NCBI GenBank assembly: GCA_963807635.1
Contig: CAWEDJ010000031.1
Span: forward strand, 31,032 to 95,031
Origin: an uncultured cyanobacterium
Lineage (GTDB): Bacteria; Cyanobacteriota; Cyanobacteriia; Cyanobacteriales; Microcystaceae
Direction: 5' to 3'
Length of the DNA stretch: 64,000 nucleotides
Positions 1 to 10,763 of this stretch are shown piece by piece. The notes beneath the pieces were generated by a model. The model saw only the letters and a list, made by a program, of their open reading frames with translations. It had not been told where the DNA came from and ran no database searches. Position 1 is the first letter of the stretch; each line of letters opens with the position of its first letter. Both the position numbers and the translations under genes were made by a program.

Positions 1-189
1 AAACGGTCTGTTTTGGCGATTGCTTGTATTGCCCGTAATGTCGGTTTAGCATTGTTTATTGGCGTTTTAAATGACGTACAACAGCAAATTATTCCTACTT
101 TAATCGCTTACCTGATTTTAGGGTCAATTTTTGGTATTCTTTACTCAATTTGGTATAAGCGTAAACTGACAATAAAAACGAATATTTAG
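1..189 (+). CDS. C-terminal part of a bile acid:sodium symporter (BASS)-family transporter, truncated by the window edge
   Basis: Frame 1 reads KRSVLAIACIARNVGLALFIG...KTNI*; the RNVGLAL motif and hydrophobic helices are typical of BASS C-termini. Confidence 0.65.
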   Translation, partial: KRSVLAIACIARNVGLALFIGVLNDVQQQIIPTLIAYLILGSIFGILYSIWYKRKLTIKTNI

Positions 190-208
190 TTAAAAACGAG
201 GTAAATTA

Positions 209-565
209 GTGGAATTATTGGAACATTTAGAAGGTGGATTAGCTCTTATTATCACCTTGTTTAAGTTTTTGTTAGAAGCTATTGCAGTCTTGTGTATTAT
301 CTTAGGGATCGTAAAAACAGGACAACTCGCGATTGCCCTTAATCGTCATCATGGCACAAACCAATTTTCGCAAATCCGACTAGAATTTGGAATGTGGTTA
401 GTCATGGCCCTAGAATTTCAGTTAGGAGCCGATATTCTTGCTACAACTTTAAGTTCTTCCTTTGATTCTTTAGGCAAACTTGGCATTGTCGCCCTGATCC
501 GAACTTTTTTAAATTATTTTTTAACGAAAGAATTAGAATCTCAGTCTCAACAAAAAAAAGAATAA
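209..565 (+). CDS. DUF1622 family membrane protein
   Basis: LALEFQLGADILAT and IRTFLNYFL motifs; GAGG RBS before GTG. Confidence 0.85.
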   Translation: MELLEHLEGGLALIITLFKFLLEAIAVLCIILGIVKTGQLAIALNRHHGTNQFSQIRLEFGMWLVMALEFQLGADILATTLSSSFDSLGKLGIVALIRTFLNYFLTKELESQSQQKKE

Positions 566-614
566 TCATAGATTATTTATAAACATTAAACTCTCATTTT
601 TTATTACAATAATT

Positions 615-1052
615 ATGAATCAATCTCCTAACGATCCTGAACCCTTTAAGCCACTTTCTACTAATGAATTAGCTAGCGATCGCACCGAACTTGCTAAATA
701 CCGTAGTCGAGCCGCCGCAGACCGTACTTTAATGGCGTGGATTCGCACTTCTTTATCTTTAATTGGTTTCGGTTTTGGCATTCCCACAATTGTGAGAACC
801 ATTGAAAATACCCAAGCAGGGCATCACATTGACCCCTTCAGATTTTCGGTAATTGTGGGATTAGCTTTCATTGGAACGGGAATGTTGGGAATGGCCTTTG
901 GTTTGAAAGAACATCGTCGTTTACTTCAACAAATTCAACGCGATCGCTATACCTACGAAGAATCTCACAGCGCAGAAATAATCGGGTTTGCTTTATTAGT
1001 AATTGGCTTCATTAGTTTTATTGGAGTGATAGTTAAATCTATCGGTTTTTGA
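615..1052 (+). CDS. DUF202/YidH family membrane protein
   Basis: AADRTLMAWIRTSLSLIGFGF motif, three hydrophobic segments. Confidence 0.85.
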   Translation: MNQSPNDPEPFKPLSTNELASDRTELAKYRSRAAADRTLMAWIRTSLSLIGFGFGIPTIVRTIENTQAGHHIDPFRFSVIVGLAFIGTGMLGMAFGLKEHRRLLQQIQRDRYTYEESHSAEIIGFALLVIGFISFIGVIVKSIGF

Positions 1053-1146
1053 TCCCATGATCGCATCTGCCATAAAAAATTTATAGAAAGTCGCTATTTT
1101 TGTCTGTCCGTAGCGACAATTCTTTGCTTAAGTAAAGATTCCATTG

Positions 1147-1542
1147 TTAGTTTCCTTTAATTAAAATTCCTAAAAAGGCGAAGACACCCACTCCCATTAA
1201 GGCGATCGCCACAACAAAACTAAGGGATAAACGAGATTGATAGGTAAAACGTCCCCGTTCTATTTGTTTTAAATCTTGACGATGATTCAGGGCTGCGGCC
1301 AATAAAGCTAAAGTACCAATAATAATAAAAGATAATCCTAAGATTCGAGAGAGATGGAAGGGATCAACTTTAGTTTCAAATGCTCCATGAATTGCCGCCA
1401 CAATACGATCAATACCGAAGCCAAAACTAATTAAAGAAAGACTGGTACGAATCCAAGCCATTAAAGTTCGTTCCGCCGCCGCACGGTTACGTTCTTTGGC
1501 TAATTCATTAGTTATGTTATAGGGTTCTGGTGGTAAATCCAT
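1147..1542 (-). CDS. DUF202/YidH family membrane protein (paralog)
   Basis: AAERTLMAWIRTSLSLISFGF motif. Confidence 0.85.
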   Translation of the reverse strand: MDLPPEPYNITNELAKERNRAAAERTLMAWIRTSLSLISFGFGIDRIVAAIHGAFETKVDPFHLSRILGLSFIIIGTLALLAAALNHRQDLKQIERGRFTYQSRLSLSFVVAIALMGVGVFAFLGILIKGN

Positions 1543-1565
1543 AATCGTTAAAATGGCAATTAAGC

Positions 1566-2285
1566 TTAGGTCTTAGGGGGCAAAATAGTGTTTTCTAAAT
1601 GGGCAAGACTTAAATTTACATTACTTAAGTTTGTCTCCGTTAAATCTACATCTTTTAAGTTAGTTTTGGTCAAATTAGCTCCTTTTAAATTGGCTCCTTT
1701 TAAATTGGCTCCCGTCAAATTAGCTCTCGTTAAATCTGCCTGACTCAAATCAGCCCCTTGCAGATCGGTATAACTTAGATCGGCTTCTAGCAAAACAGTA
1801 TTACAAAGATTGACATGGCGCATTCGTGTATAGGGAATCTCGATTTGCTCTAAATTCGCTCCCTGTAAATTAAGATAGTCAAAATAAATACCTGTTTCGC
1901 TTGCTGTTTCTAGGGCTTGAATACGACCTAAACTGTAAACTACTCCTGAAGCTTGATTGGCTGCAACAAGTTCAAAGGCTTCTTGATTACTTTGTTGTTT
2001 CCGTTTAGAGCCTTCTAAAATGTAAAGCCAGGCAGCCGTAACAATACTAAAAGATTCAACATTACCAACGCTAATAATGGCTCCAAAATCATTGAATATA
2101 CATTCGGCTGTAAATGATTGATTATGGCATTTTTCGTAGCGATGAACTGTCGCTAAAATCCCAAAAGAAATGGCAGAGGCAATGAGCAAGCGAAAGCTAA
2201 AGGAGTGGTTAAGGAGGCGAAAGAAAGGATTTTTCTTGCGTTCTTTTTGCTTTTCGTACCAGGTTTTTCTTCTTGGGAACTGCAT
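1566..2285 (-). CDS. Membrane-anchored pentapeptide repeat protein
   Basis: C-terminal A(D/N)Lxx repeats (ADLSQ ADLTR ANLTG ANLKG ANLKG); N-terminal hydrophobic segments. Confidence 0.9.
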   Translation of the reverse strand: MQFPRRKTWYEKQKERKKNPFFRLLNHSFSFRLLIASAISFGILATVHRYEKCHNQSFTAECIFNDFGAIISVGNVESFSIVTAAWLYILEGSKRKQQSNQEAFELVAANQASGVVYSLGRIQALETASETGIYFDYLNLQGANLEQIEIPYTRMRHVNLCNTVLLEADLSYTDLQGADLSQADLTRANLTGANLKGANLKGANLTKTNLKDVDLTETNLSNVNLSLAHLENTILPPKT

Positions 2286-2329
2286 AGAAATAATAATTTA
2301 ATTGATGAATAGTAAGTAGGAGACCCAGA

Positions 2330-3573
2330 TTAATGAACCGCTTTACCAAAACCAACAGGTTTTTTCTTAGCCCGATCTTTAACCGCTAATTTTTGCATGA
2401 CCTCCTCTGCCGCTCGTCCTTTATTAAAAAGATCAACGATTATTTTTAGCGGTTCATCAATGTGAGTAAAAAAGGCTTTATAACCCGCACAAAGGTAATT
2501 CAAACCAGGTTCTCCGTCGGGGGTATTAATAAAACGATGTTTGGGACATTCTCCATGACAAGCAAAACGCACCTCACAATCTAAACAATACTTTGGTAAG
2601 GTGTTTAATTTGTCCTGTCCAAACTTAAATTGGCGATCGCTACCGACCAATTCAGCCATCGAATTTTCTGTAATATTTCCTAATAAATAATCGGGTTCCA
2701 CAAAATGATCACAGGAATAGAGATCACCGTTATGTTCGAGTGCAACACCAGAGCCACAAGTCGGCGAAAAAAAGCACATTCCCGTCGGCATCTTTAACCA
2801 ACTTCTGACCGCCGCTTCAAAGGTTTGAACAAAGATTTTGCCCACATCTTTGCGTACCCATTCATCAAAAATCGTGATCAAAAAATTACCAAATTGTTCG
2901 GGTAAAACGGAATTTTCTGAAACCGTTGTTCCCTGTTGATAAAGGGTTCTACCATCTTCATTAATCCGTTCAATAACAGGAATAAATTGTATCCAAGTCG
3001 TTTTTACTTCATCTCGTAAGAAGCGATAAACTTCTAAAGGATGAGACGCATTAACCCGATTAACAGTAGTCAAAATATTATATTCAACCCCATGCTTTTG
3101 CAAGAGCCGTAAACCCCGCATTACCCGATCAAAAGTGGGCCACCTTTTTTATCAACTCGGTTAGCATCATGTAATTCTCTTGGCCCATCTAAACTTAAGC
3201 CAATTAGATAATTATTCTCTTTAAAAAATTCACACCATTCATCATCTAAAAGAGTTCCATTAGTTTGTAAAGTATTTTCAAAGATTGTGCTTGGTTTACG
3301 ATGTTTTTCTTGGTAGGCGATCGCCTTTCTAAAAAAATCAATACCCATTAAAGTCGGTTCTCCCCCTTGCCAAGCAACGGTTACTTCACGGGTTTTATGG
3401 GATTCAATCAGTTGACGAATATAGGTTTCTAGAACCTCATCTGTCATGCGGAATTTACTGCCAGGATAAAGCTCTTCTTTATCTAAAAAGAAACAATAGG
3501 AACAATCCAGATTACAGATCGCACCAGTGGGTTTGCTTAAAACATGAATACGGGGAGGTAGGAAATTTGTCAT
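2330..3573 (-). CDS. Anaerobic sulfatase maturase (radical SAM + SPASM), split by a probable sequencing frameshift near 3125
   Basis: KPTGAICNLDCSYC (CX3CX2C), WQGGEPTL, YSCDHFV and CLDCEVRFACHGECPK across two abutting ORFs. Confidence 0.92.
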
Positions 3574-3734
3574 TGTGGTTTGAGTTTGAAGTTTTTTAAA
3601 GTTTAATCATCTTCAGTGAGACTATCACTATTCTCATTTATTTTCATTAGCACCTTTATGTTATAAAGTGGATTATATCTGCTTCTGGTCAATCTAAACT
3701 CAGGTTAATGTAAACTCTAAGGAGAACTTGAAAA

Positions 3735-5236
3735 ATGGCAATAAAACAACCCAATATTTTAATTATCTGGGGTGACGATATTGGTCAATCCAACCTCAGT
3801 TGTTACTCTCATGGCTTGATGGGTTACAAAACCCCAAATATTGATCGCATTGCTAAAGAAGGAATGCTATTCACCGATTCCTACGCCGAACAAAGTTGTA
3901 CCGCAGGGCGATCGGCGTTTATTACAGGTCAATGCGTTTTTCGCACAGGCTTAAGCAAAGTTGGGATGCCTGGAGCCAATTTAGGAATGCGTGCTGAAGA
4001 TCCGACTATCGCCGAATTACTGAAACCGATGGGTTACGCCACAGGACAATTTGGTAAAAACCATTTGGGCGATAAAGATGAAATGTTGCCCACTAATCAT
4101 GGATTTGATGAGTTTTTCGGGAATCTCTATCACCTCAACGCCGAAGAAGAACCCGAACTCCGCGATTATCCCCCCGCCGCTGATTTTCCCAATTACAGGA
4201 AAAATTTTGGCTCACGCGGTGTATTGGATTGTAAAGCGAATCCCGATGGAACCCAAACCATTGTCGATACGGGCGCATTGACCAAAAAGCGGATGCAAAC
4301 CATTGATGATGAAGTTCTAGCTAAAGCCAAGGATTTTATCGATCGCCAAGTCAAGGCTGATATTCCCTTTTTTGTCTGGTTTAATACGACCCATATGCAC
4401 TTCCGCACCCATGCAAAACCTGAGAGTTTAGGGCAGTCGGGACGTTGGCAGTCGGAATACCATGATGTGATGATTGACCATGATAAATGTGTGGGTGAAT
4501 TGCTCGATTATCTCGATGCCCTCGGTATTACGGATAATACGTTTGTCATGTATAGCACTGATAACGGCCCCCACATGAATTCTTGGCCCGATGCAGGGAT
4601 GACTCCTTTTCGCAGTGAAAAAAATACCAACTGGGAAGGAGCTTTTCGGGTTCCTAAATTGATTCGCTGGCCGGTGTGATTGAACCTGGCACGATCTCCA
4701 ATGAAATTGTTAGTCATCTGGATTGGTTGCCGACTTTAGTGGCGATCGCGGGTGATCCCGATATTAAGGAAAAACTACTCAAGGGTCATCAAGCAGGAAA
4801 TAAAACTTTTAAGGTACATCTTGATGGTTATAACCTGGTGCCTTATCTCAAAGGCGAAGTGGAAAAAAGCCCACGCTTAGAATTTTTCTACTTTAGTGAT
4901 GATGGTGATTTAATGGCCCTACGTTATGACCATTGGAAGACAGTTTTCATGGAACAACGAGTAACGGGTACTTGTCAAATCTGGGCTGAACCCTTTGTTG
5001 TATTGCGAGTTCCCAAATTGTTTAATCTCCGCACTGATCCCTATGAACGTGCCGATATTACCTCAAATACCTATTGGGATTGGATGTTTGATCATATTCC
5101 TTTGGTATTAGCAGCTCAACCCATCGTGGCTCAATTTATTTCAACTTTTGTAGAGTTTCCGCCGCGCCAAAAAGCGGCCAGCTTTACGGTTGATCAAGTG
5201 ATGGAAAAAATTATGGACGGCATTACCAGTCACTAA
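3735..5236 (+). CDS. Cys-type arylsulfatase without signal peptide; frameshift near 4670
   Basis: PNILIIWGDD, SCTAGR formylglycine motif, GKNHLG, STDNG; continues in the overlapping ORF 4676-5236. Confidence 0.92.
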
Positions 5237-5254
5237 TAGTTGCAAAGTTCTGAG

Positions 5255-5294
5255 AGGGGAAGGTAATCTATTTTCTTAAAAAAATACCTTTCCC
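5255..5294 (+). terminator. Stem-loop downstream of sulfatase 1 (possible terminator or processing site)
   Basis: gggaaggta ... tacctttccc imperfect inverted repeat. Confidence 0.35.
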
Positions 5295-5302
5295 TTAGCC
5301 TT

Positions 5303-5494
5303 TTGTCAAATAAAGAAAGCCGCAAAAAACTAGCAGGACAACATCAAGCCTTAGAAGAACATTTAGAGAAACTTGCCAAAGAGAAATTGAAGCCAATAGA
5401 GAGCCAAGATCAAGGTTTAATTGCTCATTGGGAAAAAACGGTGGCCCATTGTTGCCAAAATATTGCAAAGTTAGAAAGGAGATTAAAACAATGA
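5303..5494 (+). CDS. Small basic helical hypothetical protein (63 aa)
   Basis: ORF with TTG start; its stop overlaps the next start (ATGA). Confidence 0.6.
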   Translation: MSNKESRKKLAGQHQALEEHLEKLAKEKLKPIESQDQGLIAHWEKTVAHCCQNIAKLERRLKQ

Positions 5495-5727
5495 CTGTAA
5501 TTTATAAAAAACCCTTTGACCGACTAGAAATCTTTCTGGACGAATATCAATCCCAGTTAGAAAAAGCTCTCAATGCTATCAAAATTATTAAAGGTACTGA
5601 TCCTGATTCAGAGGACTTTTCCCAAGCGATCGCCGATTTTCATGTTTGCTCTAGGATCTTGGAACCTTATTCAGAAGGAATGGTAGAAGCTCTGGATCAA
5701 TTTACCGAAGATAGACCCGATGAGTAG
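5491..5727 (+). CDS. Small acidic hypothetical protein (78 aa)
   Basis: AAGGAG RBS at 5476-5481, ATG at 5491 overlapping the upstream stop. Confidence 0.7.
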   Translation: MTVIYKKPFDRLEIFLDEYQSQLEKALNAIKIIKGTDPDSEDFSQAIADFHVCSRILEPYSEGMVEALDQFTEDRPDE

Positions 5728-5760
5728 GCGTTAATCACACAGCACTAGCTTTAATATATT

Positions 5761-6735
5761 ATGACTATTTCTACCGATTTTGGGACAGCTACAGCCCAGA
5801 TAAATGATCCCCTACCTTCTTGGAATGAGGGAGCGGCTAAACAAGCCATTATCGAATTTGTGCAAGCAACGACTGACAAATCTAGCCCAAACTATGTTGA
5901 ACCTGGCGATCGCATTGCCACTTTTGATCAAGACGGAACCTTGTGGGTAGAACATCCCTTTTATAGCCAGGCAATATTTGCCTTAGATCGGCTTAAAAGC
6001 CTTGCTCCACAACATCCTGAATGGCAGACCCAGGAACCCTTTAAATCTATTTTGGAAGGCAATCAAGACGCGATCGCCAAATTAAACGAAGGAGATTTAG
6101 TACAGATTGTCGCGGCTACCCACGCAGGTATGACCACCGAAGAATTTATTGAAATTGCGAAAGAGTGGCAAGCAACCGCCAAACATCCCCGTTTCCAGAA
6201 ACTTTATACCGAACTGGTTTATCAGCCCATGCGAGAAGTACTGCAATATCTTCAAACTAATAGTTTTAAAATCTATATTGTCACGGGAGGCGGTCAGGAA
6301 TTTGTGAGGATTTATAGCGATCGCGTTTATGATATTCCAGCCGAGCAAGTTATCGGTTCTAGTATCGCCACTAAATACGATTATCAAAACGGAAAGTCCG
6401 TGTTAGTGCGTGAACCTAAAGTCTTTTTTATTAATGATCATGCAGGTAAACCGACGGGGATTAATCTTTTTATTGGCAAACGACCGATCGCAGCTTTCGG
6501 CAACTCTGACGGCGATCGGCAAATGTTGGAATATACCCAAGCGGGTAAGGGAATGGGACTATCAATGCTAGTTCTCCATGATGATGAAAAGCGAGAATAT
6601 GCTTACGGCCCAGCCCAAGGATTACCCGATACCAAGGTTGGTAGATTTACCCAAGCATTGTATGATCAGTCACAAAAAGACGGCTGGATTGTTGTCAGTA
6701 TGAAAAACGATTGGAAAAAAATTTTCGCCTTTTAA
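5761..6735 (+). CDS. HAD-superfamily hydrolase (nonspecific acid phosphatase-like)
   Basis: FDQDGTLW motif I, GNSDGD motif IV. Confidence 0.88.
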   Translation: MTISTDFGTATAQINDPLPSWNEGAAKQAIIEFVQATTDKSSPNYVEPGDRIATFDQDGTLWVEHPFYSQAIFALDRLKSLAPQHPEWQTQEPFKSILEGNQDAIAKLNEGDLVQIVAATHAGMTTEEFIEIAKEWQATAKHPRFQKLYTELVYQPMREVLQYLQTNSFKIYIVTGGGQEFVRIYSDRVYDIPAEQVIGSSIATKYDYQNGKSVLVREPKVFFINDHAGKPTGINLFIGKRPIAAFGNSDGDRQMLEYTQAGKGMGLSMLVLHDDEKREYAYGPAQGLPDTKVGRFTQALYDQSQKDGWIVVSMKNDWKKIFAF

Positions 6736-6783
6736 ATTTATCCACTGATTAATCACAAATTTTCTCTAATCAATTTTTAAATC

Positions 6784-7461
6784 ATGAATTGGTCACTTCT
6801 AAGCAATTTTGCGATTACGCTTTTTGCGCTCCTAAATCCGATAGGAATGTTACCTGTTTTTATTAGTTATACAGCCCTTGAACGGAAAGAAGTACAACGT
6901 TTAGTAGCCCTTTTTGTTTCTCTGACTGTAATGGCTTTGCTATTAGTATTCCTACTAATTGGTTCGCCCATCCTTCAGTTTTTTGGTGTTAGTTTAGACT
7001 CATTTCGGATTGCTGGGGGAATATTGCTATTAATTATTGGGATTGGCATTGTTAACGGGAAATCATCCGATAATAAAGAAGAAATTGTTACGACTGAAAC
7101 TAATAACAATTTAACTCAAGCTAAGTCAATCTATAGTCAAATTGTCATTCCGATGGCCATGCCTTTATTAGTCGGGCCTGGGGTGATTGCTAATGTTATT
7201 CTTTATTCCAACGAAGCGTCAAAAAAGCGCGATGGACTCGGCATTGAACTAATTTTGATGATAGCCTTGGTTAGTTTTTTGGTTTTTGTCATTCTGGCTG
7301 CGGGTAAATGGTTACAAAAAATGATAGGTAATATTGGACTAAATATTACCCAACGGATTATGGGACTGTTTGTCGCCGCGATCGGTGTTCAATTCATGGT
7401 TACAGGTGTCATTAATATTTTTGTTAGTCAGATTATTCCTGAATTATCTAAAATCAAATAG
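6784..7461 (+). CDS. MarC family membrane protein
   Basis: NPIG, FRIAGGILL, PMAMPLLVGPG and RIMGL motifs. Confidence 0.9.
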   Translation: MNWSLLSNFAITLFALLNPIGMLPVFISYTALERKEVQRLVALFVSLTVMALLLVFLLIGSPILQFFGVSLDSFRIAGGILLLIIGIGIVNGKSSDNKEEIVTTETNNNLTQAKSIYSQIVIPMAMPLLVGPGVIANVILYSNEASKKRDGLGIELILMIALVSFLVFVILAAGKWLQKMIGNIGLNITQRIMGLFVAAIGVQFMVTGVINIFVSQIIPELSKIK

Positions 7462-7494
7462 CACACTTATCCAAAATCTAAAAGGAGCGATCGC
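7381..7494 (+). repeat. Copy 1 of a ~114-bp imperfect direct repeat (marC 3' end + spacer ending in HIP1)
   Basis: Shares ttagtcagattattcctgaattatc and aaaggagcgatcgc with 10649-10762. Confidence 0.85.
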
Positions 7495-7657
7495 TGTTCC
7501 TTCGATCTAGTTCCCCATTTTAGTTAATAATTGATTCAACAATTCTAGTTCTTTTCTGAAGTTGTTGGGTTGCACTTCGTTTAGTTAAAAATTATTTGCG
7601 GTGACACAACTTTACTGTTATATTTCCCATAGCCATAAATTTTACCAGCCATGAAAA

Positions 7658-8035
7658 ATGAATATTCGCCAAATTTTTCTCTTAGTGACTGCAATAGGGT
7701 TAACACCGATCGCTTTATCCTACGGACTGGTACCACAAAAAAGTCTTAGCTATCTATTTGATATCTCGGTATCAAATATAAATGGTTCCCATATATTTCG
7801 AGCGATCATGGGTTTGTATTTGGCTTTGCTGTCCTTTTGGATTGTCGGTGCCTTTAAAGTTCAGCTAAGACAGGCCGCACTTTATAGTCTCGTTGTATTC
7901 ATGTTGGGTTTAGCTCTGGGTAGAGTTTTGAGCCTTGTTGTAGATGGGATGCCTAGTTTGCTATTAATCGGCTACCTGGGGCTAGAGTTGATTTTTGGTA
8001 TTTTGGGTTTAATTTTATTGAAAAAATCGGACTAA
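7658..8035 (+). CDS. DUF4345 family membrane protein
   Basis: RAIMGLY and GRVLSLVVDG motifs, four hydrophobic segments. Confidence 0.75.
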   Translation: MNIRQIFLLVTAIGLTPIALSYGLVPQKSLSYLFDISVSNINGSHIFRAIMGLYLALLSFWIVGAFKVQLRQAALYSLVVFMLGLALGRVLSLVVDGMPSLLLIGYLGLELIFGILGLILLKKSD

Positions 8036-8152
8036 GTATTTTCTCTCGCACCCAGCTTTAGGAAATATAACTCCTCCTTCAACTCGGATAGTGCGATCGC
8101 CCTATTCTGTTCTCATTTAATATTTTAATCGATTCAACAACCTTGTCTCCTG

Positions 8153-10577
8153 TTGCTTATGAAATTATTTTCTGCGTCTTTTTGGAAAAAAGGTTGGTGG
8201 CCATTAGTTACCGCCTTAACAACAGCGTTAATTGTCGCGATCGCGGGCATATTCACGGTTCCGACTATTGCCCAAAACATCGGAGAATTTACCCCCTCAA
8301 AAATTTTACCCCGTCCGCCCCAACCTTTCAGGGGAAAAATCGAACGGACAGCCAAGGAATCCACTCCCGATTTTCCGAAACCTTTGGCGGCTCCTAAAAA
8401 TGCCCCTAATATTCTTTTAATTTTGACGGATGATGTCGGTTTTGGAGCCAGTAGCCCCTTTGGTGGGCCGATTGCTACTCCTACCTATGAAGCTTTGGCC
8501 AAACGGGGATTACGTTTTAACACCTTTCATACGACAGCCCTTTGTTCTCCCACCAGAGCCGCTCTCATTACGGGACGCAATCACCATGCTGTCCATTCAG
8601 GGGTCATTACGGAAATGGGAACGGGTTATCCTGGCTATGACTCCTTAATGCAAAAGGACACTGCGACTGTCGCCGAAGTTCTTAAAAACAATGGTTATAA
8701 TACCGCCTGGTTTGGCAAAAATCATAACATTCCCGACTGGCAGAGTAGTCAAGTGGGCCCCTTTGATTTGTGGCCAACAGGACTGGGTTTTGAGTATTTC
8801 TTTGGCTTTTTAGGCGGAGATACGGATCAATGGCATCCTGCGGCCTACGAAGGAACTAAACCCATTCAGAAACCCGAAGATAAATCCGAGCTTCATTTTG
8901 ATAAATGGATGGCAGATAAGGCAATTAGTTATATTCAGGAACAAAACGCCCTAGCTCCTGATAAACCTTTCTTTGTTTACTATGCACCAGGGACAGCCCA
9001 CGCTCCCCATCACGCGCCGAAAGAGTGGATCGCGAAATTTAAAGGTCAATTTGATCAAGGCTGGGATCAGGTTCGGGAAGAAACTTTTGCCCGTCAGAAG
9101 AAATTGGGAATCATTCCAGCGAATACCCAATTAACCCCTCGTCCTGAAGGGATTCCTGCCTGGGATAGTCTCACCCCCGATCGCCAAAAACTCTATGCTC
9201 GCATGATGGAAGTCTATGCAGGAGCTTTAGCCCATGCGGATTATCAAATTGGTCGGGTCATTAATGCGATCGCCGAGACAGGAGAACTAGATAACACCTT
9301 GATCATGTTTATTCAAGGGGACAACGGAGCCAGTGCCGAGGGGACTTTCCAAGGAACAACGAATGAAATTGCAACCGCCGCCAATGGTGTCACCGAAGAC
9401 TTGAGTTTTCTGATCTCGATGGCCGATAAACTCGGTGGCCCCGAAACCTATAATCACTATCCCTACGGCTGGGCCCCATGCGATGGATAGTCCCTTCCAA
9501 TGGACAAAACAGGTTGCTTCCCACTTTGGCGGTACGCGCAACGGCATGATTGTTTCCTGGCCTGCCAAAATCAAGGATCAAGGTAGTATTCGGACACAAT
9601 TTCACCATGTTATTGATGTGGTTCCTACTTTCCTTGAAGCCGCAGGGATTCCCCAACCAACCGAGGTAAATGGTTTTAAACAGAAGCCCATTGAAGGAGT
9701 TAGTATGGCCTATGCTTTCCCAAAAGCGGACATAGACGATCGCCATACCACCCAATACTTTGAACTGGTGGGTAATCGCGCCCTTTATCACGACGGTTGG
9801 ATTGCCAGCACCACACCCAAACGCATTCCCTGGGAAACGGCGGGGGCTGCTCCCGATCCCGATTCTTTTAACTGGGAACTCTACCATGTGGCGGACGATT
9901 TCAGCCAAGCCAAAAATCTGGCGAAAGAGAATCCTGCAAAATTGAAAGAACTCCAAGCTCTTTGGGATCAAGAAGCCAAAAAATATAATGTCTTTCCCCT
10001 AGATGCTTCCTTTGCAGACCGAGCCGATGTCCGTCTTCGTCCGAGTCTAACGCGGGGACGTTCTAGCTTTACCTACTACCCAGGTATCATTCGCATTCCC
10101 GAAGGATTTGCCCCCGACATCAAGAATAAGTCCTATAGCATTACTGCCGATGTCGAAATTCCTTCTGGTGGAGCGAGCGGTGTCTTGGTGACCCAGGGCG
10201 GAGATTTTGGCGGTTGGGGTCTCATTCTGCAAGAGAGTAAACCCCTGTTTGTCTATGCTTTGTCGAATCAGCCCCAACACAAATTTAAGGTAGCTTCTAG
10301 TCAACCCCTTTCTCCTGGGAAACATACCCTCCGTTTTGATTTTAAATATGATGGCGGCGGTATCGGTAAAGGGGGAATGGGAACTTTATTTGTGGATGGC
10401 ACTCAAGTTGCCCAAGCTCCCATTGAACGGACGATTGGGGTTCGTTTCTCCCTTGATGAAACCTTTGATGTGGGACAGGATACGGGAACGGCGGTCATCG
10501 CAGACTATGCCCCTCAAATGCCCTTTAAATTTACGGGTAATTTGAAAAAAGTCACGATTGATTTGGGTTCTGTTTAA
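8153..10577 (+). CDS. Exported Cys-type arylsulfatase with C-terminal LamG-like extension; frameshift near 9470
   Basis: N-terminal signal peptide, PNILLILTDD, LCSPTRAALITG, GKNH, GDNG; continues in ORF 9435-10577. Confidence 0.92.
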
Positions 10578-10648
10578 TTAGTTTATGAAAGGGGAGATGT
10601 ATTTTTCCCCTTTTTTGGGAAAAATTTGCTATTGGTCTAATCTTGGTG

Positions 10649-10762
10649 ATCGGGGTTAAATTTATGTTTACAGGTATCATTAATATTTTTATTAGTCAGA
10701 TTATTCCTGAATTATCCAAAATAAAATAGTACACATATAAAAAATATAAAAGGAGCGATCGC
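10649..10762 (+). repeat. Copy 2 of the marC 3'-end repeat; supplies the AAGGAG RBS of the downstream gene
   Basis: Translates as IGVKFMFTGIINIFISQIIPELSKIK*, nearly identical to the MarC C-terminus. Confidence 0.85.
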
Positions 10763-10763
10763 C

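Noticed and set aside
1670..1730. 15-bp DNA tandem repeats
   Set aside because: Explained by the pentapeptide-repeat coding sequence
9390..9971. 193-aa minus-strand ORF and the many other antisense ORFs in the track
   Set aside because: Lie opposite well-supported genes and have no recognisable motifs
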